From positions 3,474 through 67,473 of IMG/VR virus record IMGVR_UViG_3300005534_000012: a stretch of DNA of 64,000 nucleotides; one strand, 5' to 3'. The notes below the pieces were generated by a model that worked only from the letters and a program-made list of their open reading frames with translations, was not told where the DNA came from and did not search any database. This document shows positions 9,951 through 18,964 of the stretch, piece after piece; position 1 is the first letter of the stretch; each line of letters starts with the position of its first letter. A program made the translations under genes and the position numbers. Source of the DNA: a virus.

Positions 9951-9989
9951 TAGCAACCTCCCGCAGCCCTAAACAACGGGAGGTTGCTA
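9951..9989 (-). terminator. 13-bp inverted repeat downstream of the tail tube gene
   Basis: TAGCAACCTCCCG / CGGGAGGTTGCTA. Confidence 0.55.
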
Positions 9990-10007
9990 CTATGGAACAG
10001 TTGTTCG

Positions 10008-10745
10008 TTAGTAGGCGTAGATGGTCAGGATGTTGGCGGCCGTCGCGGAGGCCGGAGCCACCGTGAAGGTCACTGTGGTCGTCGAGGAGGTCGAGCCGAC
10101 CGTGTAGTCGACCGTTTCCTTCAGGACCGTCAACAGCGGCGTCTCCACGCGAATCGTGTAGTAGCCGTCGCCCAACTGACGAGCCTTCTGCGAGAGCACG
10201 TAGGCAGTCGTCGAGCCGTTGCCCGTGAACTTGTCGAACTGGATGCCAGCGATGTTCACGAACCGACGCGGACGCTTGCACTTGCCCGAGATGTCAACCG
10301 CCAGCACCTTGTCGACTTCGAGGTCCCACGACTCTTTCTCGACCTGGACGTTCTGGTAGATGCAGAAGCCTTGGTAGGTTTCCGTCAGCGTACCTTCGGT
10401 GCCAGGGGTGATGAGACGCTCGACCACGTCGAAGACCGACGGGAGCGCGGGAACCTCGCCGACGAACGCGGCAGTCGTGGTGACAGGCGTGTTAGCCGCA
10501 CCATTTGAGATACCCGTCTGACCGAGCGCAGCGGCAAGGCCAGCGTAGGAGATGACGCTATACGCGATGGACAGCGTCGTCTCGGGAATCTTTTGGTAAT
10601 ACTCGACGATATTCGGGTCGCCGATTTCGAGAACTTTCTCAAGCGGCGTCGAAATGTCGGATTTGGCCGTCTTGATGAGGCCGATACCGACAGCGGAGCC
10701 GTTGGCATACCAACGTGCGTACCGACCGCCTTTAATAGTTGCCAA
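10008..10745 (-). CDS. Major tail (tube) protein
   Basis: Beta-rich, with EKVLEIGD and a Thr-rich C-terminal Ig-like extension (FTGNGSTTAY...DYTV...VTFTVAP). TTG start with GGAGG SD and its own promoter motif. Confidence 0.75.
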   Translation of the reverse strand: MATIKGGRYARWYANGSAVGIGLIKTAKSDISTPLEKVLEIGDPNIVEYYQKIPETTLSIAYSVISYAGLAAALGQTGISNGAANTPVTTTAAFVGEVPALPSVFDVVERLITPGTEGTLTETYQGFCIYQNVQVEKESWDLEVDKVLAVDISGKCKRPRRFVNIAGIQFDKFTGNGSTTAYVLSQKARQLGDGYYTIRVETPLLTVLKETVDYTVGSTSSTTTVTFTVAPASATAANILTIYAY

Positions 10746-10780
10746 CGTCGTATCCTCCGAGCGAACTGGCTGTTGCGACT

Positions 10781-10798
10781 AAGAAAATAGCCAAGTGA
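10781..10798 (-). promoter_or_regulatory. Putative late promoter (partial match)
   Basis: TCACTTGGCTATTTTCTT upstream of the tail tube gene. Confidence 0.45.
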
Positions 10799-10826
10799 CA
10801 GCCCGGAACGAGGGACGACGAGACGA

Positions 10827-11330
10827 CTAGGGGTTCGGGTCTGAAGTCGAACGACTGATGAAAAACGACCACGTATAGTCGCTTGCATAAAAGCCCGTAG
10901 GCTGCACAAAATTCCGGGGGTGACGCGACCCCGCGCTTCGCAATGACATCCCGTATTGCGAGAAAATGTACGCCCGTCGGTCCCGAGCGAATAGCAACCG
11001 TTGCTCCATCTCGTCCTGAGCGGCGAAGGTATTCGAGAAGACGGTGAACCCAATCGTCGCCATGACGAGGGTAACGGGGTTCCCGTTTGTATCGGGCCCC
11101 ATGAAGAAATTTTCGCTCAGGTGGTCGGGCTGAATCGCCAGGATGATTTTCGTCAGGGGGAGGGTGAGAAGTCCGGTATCTGGATTGTTGACGGATTCAT
11201 CACCGCCCAGGCGGATGTCCACGACGACCGGGTCGAAAAGCGGGGACCCGCCCCCGGGAATGGTCATCTCCGGGTCGTTCAACGCCGCCAGGAATTGATT
11301 CTTAGCAAGGAGCGGTAGTTGTTCAGCCAT
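10827..11330 (-). CDS. Putative tail terminator / completion protein
   Basis: Position before the tail tube gene and size (167 aa). Confidence 0.55.
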   Translation of the reverse strand: MAEQLPLLAKNQFLAALNDPEMTIPGGGSPLFDPVVVDIRLGGDESVNNPDTGLLTLPLTKIILAIQPDHLSENFFMGPDTNGNPVTLVMATIGFTVFSNTFAAQDEMEQRLLFARDRRAYIFSQYGMSLRSAGSRHPRNFVQPTGFYASDYTWSFFISRSTSDPNP

Positions 11331-12015
11331 TTGGCGTCCACTCCACATAGTACGCGCCCGAAGCGTCCAACTCTCCGCCGTCTTCGTCTGACACGCCGAC
11401 TTCTACCATGTCTCCATCGCCCACGGCATAAGAAACCATTCGAGCGACGAACGCTTCGATGACGGAAGGCACTTCAGCGGCGATACGTTCAGCCGCCCTC
11501 GTCATCCACGGGCGACCCGGCACGAACCGGCCAGTCGGGTGCCCGAAGACCCATTGCGTGTAGCCGTTGTGCACCATGCCAGCGTAATCAATGACAAGTT
11601 CACGGCCAGTCGGTCCCTTCGAACCTGGAGATTCCTTCCAGGGACGGGGCGAGTCGTCGCCCTCGGCTTTCATATTCGGGTCGATGTCGATAGTGATGAG
11701 TCCGATGATACCGCTCATCGCGTCTTGCGGGGCGATACGATGGGCCGCCAAAAGCGGTCCTGCTCCCGGAATGGCTGTCTCACATTCCTCACGCGCAATC
11801 CTCAACATGAGCGGAGCGACGACCGAGCGGTTCATTGCAGCCAAAATCTCGTCAATGCTCTCCTGGGAGAGAGCAGACATGCGAGCGTAGACATCGTCCA
11901 TCCACTTTCGCGCTTTTGCACCGGGGTCGATGTCAATGGTGATAGACGGAGCATCGCCGATGCCCTGAACCTGGAGCGGTTGCGAACCGACGAATACGCG
12001 GTTGAAGGAAGCCAT
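11323..12015 (-). CDS. Putative tail completion / neck protein (HK97 gp10-like)
   Basis: YAGMVHNG...GRPWMTRA motif and synteny. Confidence 0.6.
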   Translation of the reverse strand: MASFNRVFVGSQPLQVQGIGDAPSITIDIDPGAKARKWMDDVYARMSALSQESIDEILAAMNRSVVAPLMLRIAREECETAIPGAGPLLAAHRIAPQDAMSGIIGLITIDIDPNMKAEGDDSPRPWKESPGSKGPTGRELVIDYAGMVHNGYTQWVFGHPTGRFVPGRPWMTRAAERIAAEVPSVIEAFVARMVSYAVGDGDMVEVGVSDEDGGELDASGAYYVEWTPNG

Positions 12016-12530
12016 TATGCATTCCCTCGGGCGAGTTGCAGGCCCTTAGACAGCGTACAGGCCAAGCCAATCGTATCGTCTCCGACGTTCATCGGAAGCA
12101 CCCGGGTGACGTTGTATGTGTCACCGTTGGGCGCAGTGATGAGGTCAGGTCGAATCAACTGAGAGTCCGCGCGCGGGGCGAAGATGTTCCCCTTATAGTC
12201 GTGGTTGATGACCTTGCAGAACATCACCGCATCACCGATGTCTAGACGGCCCAGGTCCTTGACGAGTTGGATGAAGTTGCCACCCGAGCCATAAATGCCA
12301 TGACCAGGCTGCAAGTCAGCGAACATGAAATAAACCGCCGTCTGCGGGGTATTGGGCGTATAGCCCGTGCCGCCGCACAGCGGACAGAACTCCGAGCATG
12401 CATTCCGGTTGGGGACGAGGTTCGGACAATTATACGCAAGCGCCCGAGTGAGTTTCTTCTTCACCGGGGCGAATCGTTCAAGGTCCCGTTCGAATTCCCA
12501 CAGTCGGGCACTGCGACCCTGGATACTCAC
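12015..12530 (-). CDS. Putative head closure protein
   Basis: GTG start re-called. Contains CP...CPLCGGTGY and D-x-I...Y-x-V. Synteny supports the call. Confidence 0.55.
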   Translation of the reverse strand: MSIQGRSARLWEFERDLERFAPVKKKLTRALAYNCPNLVPNRNACSEFCPLCGGTGYTPNTPQTAVYFMFADLQPGHGIYGSGGNFIQLVKDLGRLDIGDAVMFCKVINHDYKGNIFAPRADSQLIRPDLITAPNGDTYNVTRVLPMNVGDDTIGLACTLSKGLQLARGNA

Positions 12531-12606
12531 TATCCACCGCCGCACACAGGACAATAAGACCATCCCTGGTCTGAACAGATGGGGCACGGCTGATATGTCG
12601 GCTGCA

Positions 12607-13317
12607 TCAGAAGAACCCGCCGCCGAACAGTCCGCCGAGCAAGACGCGCTCGTCGGGGGTGACGAGGTCATCATTGAAGACCTTGGTGTCGAGGTCTTGC
12701 ACAACGACGTTGAAGGCGCGGATGGGGCCACGCAGCAAGATACGATAGCGCTTGTAAAGCGTATCCCACTTGGCAGCGTTCAACGCCCAATCATCTGACT
12801 TCTTCGTATCGTCGATGATGACGGTGCCACGTCGATATTTCTCACTCGTCTCGATGTCCGCAGAGACGAGCGCATCACAGGCGAGGTGCGCGGCCTTCAT
12901 GATTTGCGCCATCTTGGCAAGGTCATTGAACGCAACGCCGGACGTGGTCGTCGAGCCATAAGGATATGTCGGGCCAAGGTCTTGCGAAACGATGAGCCCA
13001 GAGAACCAACATGAGGTGGATGCGGCAGACGACCCGAGCCGCGAATATGTGTATTGAGACGTTATCGCCGTGCCGATATCGGGCTTCATGCCGCCCGGTA
13101 TCGTCCAGTCCAGCGAGCCGTAGTTGATGTTGAAGTCCGTGCCGAGGACGAACAGATGGGGGGTTCCCGATGCCGTCCCCGACAAGGACAGAAATGAAAC
13201 GACCTCACGACGCGACAAATCGTAGTACGGGGTTCCGTCGTAGTAATACGGGTCCGCATACGGACGCTCAGGCAACTGCAATAAGTTGCGCAGGTCGGTT
13301 GTCGTGAGGAGTTGCAT
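12607..13317 (-). CDS. Putative head-tail adaptor
   Basis: LLTTTDLRNLL N-terminus, inserted beta domain, and synteny. Confidence 0.55.
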   Translation of the reverse strand: MQLLTTTDLRNLLQLPERPYADPYYYDGTPYYDLSRREVVSFLSLSGTASGTPHLFVLGTDFNINYGSLDWTIPGGMKPDIGTAITSQYTYSRLGSSAASTSCWFSGLIVSQDLGPTYPYGSTTTSGVAFNDLAKMAQIMKAAHLACDALVSADIETSEKYRRGTVIIDDTKKSDDWALNAAKWDTLYKRYRILLRGPIRAFNVVVQDLDTKVFNDDLVTPDERVLLGGLFGGGFF

Positions 13318-13964
13318 TAGGCTTCGGTGTGCTCCGCTTCCGGCTCACCCTGCGGGCGCGGAGGACGACCCCGACGATTGGTAGACGGAGGGGCCTTCAA
13401 AGCGGCGGTACTCGTCTGGTCAACGCCCTCGCCACGCGCCGCACTCTCCTCAGCAATGCGCTGACGCTGTTTTGCAGCCGCGCGAGCCTTCTGGAAATCG
13501 GGAGCGTGTTCGAAGTCGTCGATAAACTCGGCCGTCGGTTTCGTCGGCTTGTTGGGAGCCCAGACGATGCGCTCCTTGCGTCTTGCCCATACATCGGGAT
13601 ATAGTTCCTGCATCTTCTCGTCGGGCACCCGACGAATGACTCCCGTTTGCAACGCAAGATTCAAGTCGTCGCACGTTCCTTCCGCATCAATGCGGTCGAA
13701 CGCGCACTCGACCTCTTGGTCTTTTTCCTTGAGGTCGAAGGAAACTTTGTGCGTTGGAATCTGAACAGGGTCCGGCATCTCTCCGACACCGTTCACCTGA
13801 TTAGTCATTGAGTCAATAGTGACGATGGGACCCGGAATTCGGATTCCGGTGACGGGACTTGTGTAGTGCCCCGGCTGCGTATGCTGGTAAAACGCTCCGG
13901 GCTCGACACGCTCGATGACGATTTTACTCGCATCCACCGGGCGGGTGCGTTCCTTGATAGCCAT
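13317..13964 (-). CDS. Hypothetical protein
   Basis: 215 aa, AAGGAG SD, coupled to the next gene. Confidence 0.75.
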   Translation of the reverse strand: MAIKERTRPVDASKIVIERVEPGAFYQHTQPGHYTSPVTGIRIPGPIVTIDSMTNQVNGVGEMPDPVQIPTHKVSFDLKEKDQEVECAFDRIDAEGTCDDLNLALQTGVIRRVPDEKMQELYPDVWARRKERIVWAPNKPTKPTAEFIDDFEHAPDFQKARAAAKQRQRIAEESAARGEGVDQTSTAALKAPPSTNRRGRPPRPQGEPEAEHTEA

Positions 13965-13994
13965 TTGTGCTTTCTCCTTGACGGGCTGGTAAGT

Positions 13995-14012
13995 AAGAAC
14001 TTAGTCTAGTCG
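13995..14012 (-). promoter_or_regulatory. Putative late promoter
   Basis: CGACTAGACTAAGTTCTT, 16/18 identical to the site at 28395. Confidence 0.55.
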
Positions 14013-14909
14013 GCTCGTTGGGGCAGGCAGACCGTATGACGACAGCCACCGCTCAGAACCCGGAGGAATGAGCCCCCGCTCGTTCATGTACCGGATGAGA
14101 GCATTGCGCCACATTGGCTTGTTCTTGATGCGCGAGGAAGTCATCGCGGCACACAGTGGGACGGGTACGGCATATTCAGCGTTTGAGGTACGCTTGACCT
14201 GTCCCTTAGAACTCAAGAACGTGTAGATGAAATCGGCGAGGCCGAAGTACGTCGTCGCCCCCTCATTGTTCCCGTGATAGATACCGGGCGGCTGATTCAC
14301 GATGTCAAGGATAAGAGACGCCGCATCTCGATTGTATGTCATCGAGAAAACCCAGTCGTCGCGCATGACCATTTGGTCGTCCATCAGGGCACTTTCAATG
14401 ATGTGGTCGACGACATTCGTCCCCTGGTAGGCGAAGGGACCGAAAAGATGGGCCAAACGCACGATATACCCTTTCGGGTATCGAAGTGTCATGACTTCGC
14501 CAAGCCGCTTTGCGCGACCGAAAGCATTGATTGGGCCCGTGATGTCTTGCTCGGTGTACGGTTCCCAACGCGCATCGAGGATATGCTGCTTCTCGCCGCT
14601 GAAAACCATATCGCTTGAGACATAGATGACGGGGATGTCATACTTTTCCGCAGCGCGGCATACTGTTTGCGCCGAAATCCCCATGAGCGCTGTCGCCATC
14701 CCGGGGTGATACTCGGCCTCGATATAGTTGTGACTTTGAACAGCGTGGATAATCAGGTCCGGCTTGTGGGCGTCAACCAACGTGTTGATGACTCCGTTGT
14801 CGACGATATCGTGATGGCGACCATAGCCATACGCGGGCCCACGCGCTCTTGCCAAGGCGTGTAACGCGCGGCCAAGGTGTCCGGTTCCCCCAAATATCAG
14901 GGTCTTCAT
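14001..14909 (-). CDS. RmlD-like (dTDP-4-dehydrorhamnose reductase family) SDR protein
   Basis: GGTGHLG, YVSSDMVFSG, PYTEQD..GPINAFGRAKRLGE, and GIYH motifs. Confidence 0.85.
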   Translation of the reverse strand: MKTLIFGGTGHLGRALHALARARGPAYGYGRHHDIVDNGVINTLVDAHKPDLIIHAVQSHNYIEAEYHPGMATALMGISAQTVCRAAEKYDIPVIYVSSDMVFSGEKQHILDARWEPYTEQDITGPINAFGRAKRLGEVMTLRYPKGYIVRLAHLFGPFAYQGTNVVDHIIESALMDDQMVMRDDWVFSMTYNRDAASLILDIVNQPPGIYHGNNEGATTYFGLADFIYTFLSSKGQVKRTSNAEYAVPVPLCAAMTSSRIKNKPMWRNALIRYMNERGLIPPGSERWLSSYGLPAPTSRLD

Positions 14910-14956
14910 GGTACTCTGGAACATAGGTCCAACAGCAGTATCGGCGGACCCCGACC

Positions 14957-15577
14957 CTATTGCGCCCGATACCATCGGTTTAACCCGTCAAATTCGAGGA
15001 AATCGTATCCCGCTTCGACGACGAGATGGTCCCACGAGTCCCAATCTGGGATGTCGGTCGCAGGCACGGTCGCCTCGATAACAAGGATTTTTGGTCGTAA
15101 TTTCGTCCAATCGTTGCCTCGAATGACCTTTTCTTCCCATCCTTCTACGTCAATTTTCATAAAATCGACTTCAGTCGCGATTTGATTCGCGATGGATGCG
15201 AGCGGGAAGACGGGGACAGAAATCGTGCGAACCGCCGAGCCGTGGTGCCCGAGCGCTGTGGCGTACTCACGTCGGCCAGTGGACAGCCCCGTATTCTCGA
15301 TGATGTGGAATTCCAGGAATCCCTTTTCATCACCGACGGCCCACGGCAGATTGATGTCGCGTGGTCGCGCATCTTCGAGCAACAAGTGGTACGCCGGATT
15401 GGGCTCGAAGTTCATCCCACTCCATCCCCGGTCATAGAACCACTTCGTCACCGAATCAACGGACGGGTGCCATGCCCCGATGTCGATATAGAACCCCGGG
15501 CGGCTCAAATCCACAAGACTCGCGAGTTTCTCATCCTCGCCATGTTGAGCAAAGAAGCCCGGACTAGCCATTACCAC
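14957..15577 (-). CDS. FkbM-family SAM-dependent methyltransferase
   Basis: GFYIDIGAWHP, GWSGMNFEP, and DFMKIDVEGWE motifs. Confidence 0.92.
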   Translation of the reverse strand: MVMASPGFFAQHGEDEKLASLVDLSRPGFYIDIGAWHPSVDSVTKWFYDRGWSGMNFEPNPAYHLLLEDARPRDINLPWAVGDEKGFLEFHIIENTGLSTGRREYATALGHHGSAVRTISVPVFPLASIANQIATEVDFMKIDVEGWEEKVIRGNDWTKLRPKILVIEATVPATDIPDWDSWDHLVVEAGYDFLEFDGLNRWYRAQ

Positions 15578-16320
15578 CTCACGGGGTCGGGCGACGTGCG
15601 ATAGTCTCCGGTTAGCATCTGTCCGGTGACCACATATCGGACATTCGGCATGACGAAATAGCGGTCATTGTAGGCCGCAGTCGTGATGAGGCAGTAAGTT
15701 TCATCTTCGCGCACGGCCGACGCGACCATGTGGCCCCCAGAATCCATCGTCAAGAATCGACGGCACGAAGCGACGATGTCGATATATTCGTGCAGGTTCG
15801 CCACGACATAGGGGGCGGAGTTTCCTATTCCGGGCCGCGTGTAGAACTTTGAAGCAAGAACGGTCACGGTTTCATCAGGAGCGTATCGTTGGACAAACGC
15901 ACTGATGACACCGTTTAGATACTGCTGAGAGATGGAGCACGGGTCAAGAACGATTTTGGTCTGGAAGTCTTCGCGCATCTGGGGCTCGTAGTAAATCCGA
16001 GGATACGGTCTGCGCCCCGGCGGGAAGTGCTGCGGCGGGATACCATGAAGGCGCTGGATGAACTCAATCGGATTTTCTTGGAATCTGGCCTGCGAGAAGA
16101 ACTCCTTGTCGTGAACGCATCCCGCAGTTGGCATCTCGGTCGAGACGCCTTGGATATACGGATTGCTATTGTAGAGCAAATCGTACACTTCAGGGTTTCG
16201 GGCCTTCGTCTTGTCAGAAACGAAGACATCATATCCCATTTCGGTCAACCGCGCCGGGAGGGTTGAATAGAGAAGACCGTCGCCCAGGCCCCCGCGAGGC
16301 TCGTAAAGGACGGCTTTCAT
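15571..16320 (-). CDS. Putative glycosyltransferase (GT9-like motifs)
   Basis: GGLGDGL, NPYI, and FLTMDSGGHMVASA resemble heptosyltransferase-family motifs. Confidence 0.6.
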   Translation of the reverse strand: MKAVLYEPRGGLGDGLLYSTLPARLTEMGYDVFVSDKTKARNPEVYDLLYNSNPYIQGVSTEMPTAGCVHDKEFFSQARFQENPIEFIQRLHGIPPQHFPPGRRPYPRIYYEPQMREDFQTKIVLDPCSISQQYLNGVISAFVQRYAPDETVTVLASKFYTRPGIGNSAPYVVANLHEYIDIVASCRRFLTMDSGGHMVASAVREDETYCLITTAAYNDRYFVMPNVRYVVTGQMLTGDYRTSPDPVRW

Positions 16321-16766
16321 GAGAACAACGCCCCGACGACTGCAATCGCCTCATCCAATGTCGGAAGCACGAACCCTGCCGCCTCTCGAATCATCGAGTG
16401 ATTGTGGACGTTGTCTGGGCTCATAACGACGGCTAGGGGCTTGCGAAACGCATGGGCCCACGCGATTTCCATGACTGAGCCGATGCTGACCTTTTCCGCT
16501 CCGTCGAAATTGGCAATCACCGCGTCACAGCGGTAGGAGTCCCAAAAGTCTCGCGTCATAATGCCGCGCTGCGACGAGAGCACCTCTCCGGGATAAGCAT
16601 CAGCAATGCGCGTTTCCTTAAGGAGATAGTCCTTATGGCGCATCGGCGACAGGCCCCGAACCCCAAATTCGGCCAATCGTTCAACGGCATATTCCCGCCA
16701 GTCAGTGCATTGACCAAAGGTGCATCCGGTAATGGGTCCACAAAGATAAACGGTTGGTTTCATCAT
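16317..16766 (-). CDS. Nucleoside 2-deoxyribosyltransferase / nucleotide N-hydrolase family protein
   Basis: VYLCGPI, RD...DAVIAN, and SIGSVMEIAWA motifs. Confidence 0.85.
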   Translation of the reverse strand: MMKPTVYLCGPITGCTFGQCTDWREYAVERLAEFGVRGLSPMRHKDYLLKETRIADAYPGEVLSSQRGIMTRDFWDSYRCDAVIANFDGAEKVSIGSVMEIAWAHAFRKPLAVVMSPDNVHNHSMIREAAGFVLPTLDEAIAVVGALFS

Positions 16767-16831
16767 ATCCCAGAGAATAGGAAAGGCCCCGTCGTTGTGA
16801 CAGGGCCCCTATTTCCAACCCGGGACTAAGC

Positions 16832-17170
16832 CTATTCGAGGACGCCGTCGTCCGTATGCGCCCCTGCGTCCGGCTCTGCGCCGCTATTCCAGGCGTCTGA
16901 AGACGCCACCGCTACCGCTGCGAAATGGCTGATACCCGTGGCGTTGTCGTCACCCCGTTGGAGTTGCGCGGCCACACCGGGACGCTCCTCGCGCATGCGG
17001 ATACGAGCGATGCCCTTCGTCATATCAGACGAGGACTGTACGACCTGGCACGAGACGGTCGGCCCCACCGAGTCGATAACGACGCCCGACGCCAAAAGTC
17101 CGGTCAACTGGACAACGTGGTCGCCGGACGTGCCGTCCGTGGTATAGACGGCAGAAAGTGAATATGACAT
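16832..17170 (-). CDS. Hypothetical (possibly virion) protein
   Basis: AGGAGG SD, directly downstream of the major capsid gene. Confidence 0.7.
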   Translation of the reverse strand: MSYSLSAVYTTDGTSGDHVVQLTGLLASGVVIDSVGPTVSCQVVQSSSDMTKGIARIRMREERPGVAAQLQRGDDNATGISHFAAVAVASSDAWNSGAEPDAGAHTDDGVLE

Positions 17171-17191
17171 GGTAATCCTCCTGTGACGCTC

Positions 17192-17220
17192 AAGAAAATA
17201 GGCTCGTCGTTAGACGAGCC
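17192..17220 (-). terminator. Terminator after the capsid gene, overlapping a promoter-motif copy
   Basis: GGCTCGTC-TAAC-GACGAGCC followed by TATTTTCTT. Contains CGACGAGCCTATTTTCTT. Confidence 0.6.
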
Positions 17221-17244
17221 CACCTTCTTCTGACTGTCAAGCCT

Positions 17245-18372
17245 TCAAAAAGGCATCCGGCTCAGGGCCTGCGTGTAGAGCACTGCCGGGATGTAGCACT
17301 TCGTCACCTGGGCACGCTCCGTCTGGCGCTGGATGACCTTTTCTTCCTCCAGTAAGAGCGGCTGCTCGATGAACTTGACGCCAGCGAAGCCCTTCTGACC
17401 AGCGAGCAGTTCATTGTCGGGCATCTGCTTCGTGATGTAGATGTCCAACCCGAGGAAGTGGCTGATGACGCCTGAGTCAAGGACCTTCGATGCCATCGGG
17501 CCAGCGTTCAGGTAGTTGCTCACCTGCGAGATGAGCAGGAACTTCGCATACGACAGCGGCGACAGAACCATGAAGTCGGCCTTGTAGTTCCGGTTCGCGA
17601 TGTCGGTGACGAGGTTGACGATGTCGGCGAAGACCAACGTGCCAGCCGCGACACCCGACCCACCCGTGTTCGACTGCGAGGTCGAGACAGGCGTGTTGAT
17701 TGCCGCCGCAGCAGGCTGGGAGCCTTGCGCGACTTGCGCCGGGATACCCGTGCGAAGCGTGTTCAGGGTGTCAAGGTCTTCCTTGAGCGCCATGCGCATG
17801 CCGAGACGGGCGAGGTCCAACTGCATGAGCGGGTACGGCGTCCGGCGCTGTTGCTCATACGTGAAGCCGAGGCCACGGCCAATCTTCTTCACGAAGTGAG
17901 TGCGCCGAGTGACGATACCCTGGTCGTCTGGAATCGCGACACCTTGCGCGATTTCATAGACCTGACCCGAATCTTCGAAGGTTCTGATGACCACGGACTC
18001 GCGGTCAATCGGAATCTCCGTGACGAAGTTACTCGTCACCATAGCGTTCAGGTTCGCCATGAGAATCGTATCGAGGAACAACTCCGGTATCGTGCCGCGC
18101 ACGTCATCCGAAGTGAAGAATTCCTCGAACACGTCGCGAGTCAGGTCGATGCCCAGTTCCTTCTTGTAGAAGGCGGTGGCATCGCCAGCCTTGTAACCAC
18201 ATGCTTCCATGTAGTCCGCAACGCTGACACCGGACTCACGCAAGGTGCGTGAGACGGAGCCCTCTGCGAGGTCCGCTATGGGCATTGGTGCGAGGGCAAC
18301 ACCGCCGGACGCAGCCTGGACAGCCTCGACTGCGGCCTTGAGTTTTTCCTCGTTCAGTTTCGCCTTGAACAT
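17245..18372 (-). CDS. Major capsid protein (HK97 fold)
   Basis: EIAQG..IP, KKIGRGLGFTYE, and FLGLDIYITKQMP motifs. Follows the protease and decoration genes. Confidence 0.9.
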   Translation of the reverse strand: MFKAKLNEEKLKAAVEAVQAASGGVALAPMPIADLAEGSVSRTLRESGVSVADYMEACGYKAGDATAFYKKELGIDLTRDVFEEFFTSDDVRGTIPELFLDTILMANLNAMVTSNFVTEIPIDRESVVIRTFEDSGQVYEIAQGVAIPDDQGIVTRRTHFVKKIGRGLGFTYEQQRRTPYPLMQLDLARLGMRMALKEDLDTLNTLRTGIPAQVAQGSQPAAAAINTPVSTSQSNTGGSGVAAGTLVFADIVNLVTDIANRNYKADFMVLSPLSYAKFLLISQVSNYLNAGPMASKVLDSGVISHFLGLDIYITKQMPDNELLAGQKGFAGVKFIEQPLLLEEEKVIQRQTERAQVTKCYIPAVLYTQALSRMPF

Positions 18373-18418
18373 CGCTTTGGTTGCTCCTTGGTTTCCGATT
18401 GCGCCTAAGTGCTCGCTA

Positions 18419-18964
18419 TTACACGAGCACTAAGTCGACGAAAATTGTATCGCCTTGAGCCATAGTCACACCCGGACTGTTACCATCCGAGCCATCGAGC
18501 GTCGAATACGCGTGGCCCACGCGCAACTCGACGGAGTCGGTGCCGTCAACCCACTTGACGAAACCGTTGAAACCAGTCGTGATGTCCGGCTTGACCGGGT
18601 CGCCAGTCTGGAGAGTGCCGCCCGCATACGAACGAACGCGACCAGCGTGGACAACTGGAACCTTGCCGTTTCGCGCCACGACGAATGCGCTGATGTCTTC
18701 GGCGAGGACGCCGTAATATCGCGCGGCCGAGGTGGACGCGGGGACCGTTACCTGGGAGATGGGCACGAGTTTGCCTGTCGCAGATGCGAGCGCAACGGGC
18801 ATGCCACGATAGCACCCGCCGCTTGAGGCTAGCGGATTGAGGTCCGTCGCCTGATTCGCAGCATAGGTGCCAGCCGCCCAAGCCGGGTCAAGGAAAGCGT
18901 CTGCTCGCCGGGAGAAAGACTCATCAACAACGACAGCGTTGATGCGAGTGAACGTGGTAGCCAT
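18419..18964 (-). CDS. Capsid decoration / cement protein
   Basis: YGVLAED...VPVVHAGRV...GDPV pattern. Lies between the scaffold and capsid genes. Confidence 0.65.
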   Translation of the reverse strand: MATTFTRINAVVVDESFSRRADAFLDPAWAAGTYAANQATDLNPLASSGGCYRGMPVALASATGKLVPISQVTVPASTSAARYYGVLAEDISAFVVARNGKVPVVHAGRVRSYAGGTLQTGDPVKPDITTGFNGFVKWVDGTDSVELRVGHAYSTLDGSDGNSPGVTMAQGDTIFVDLVLV

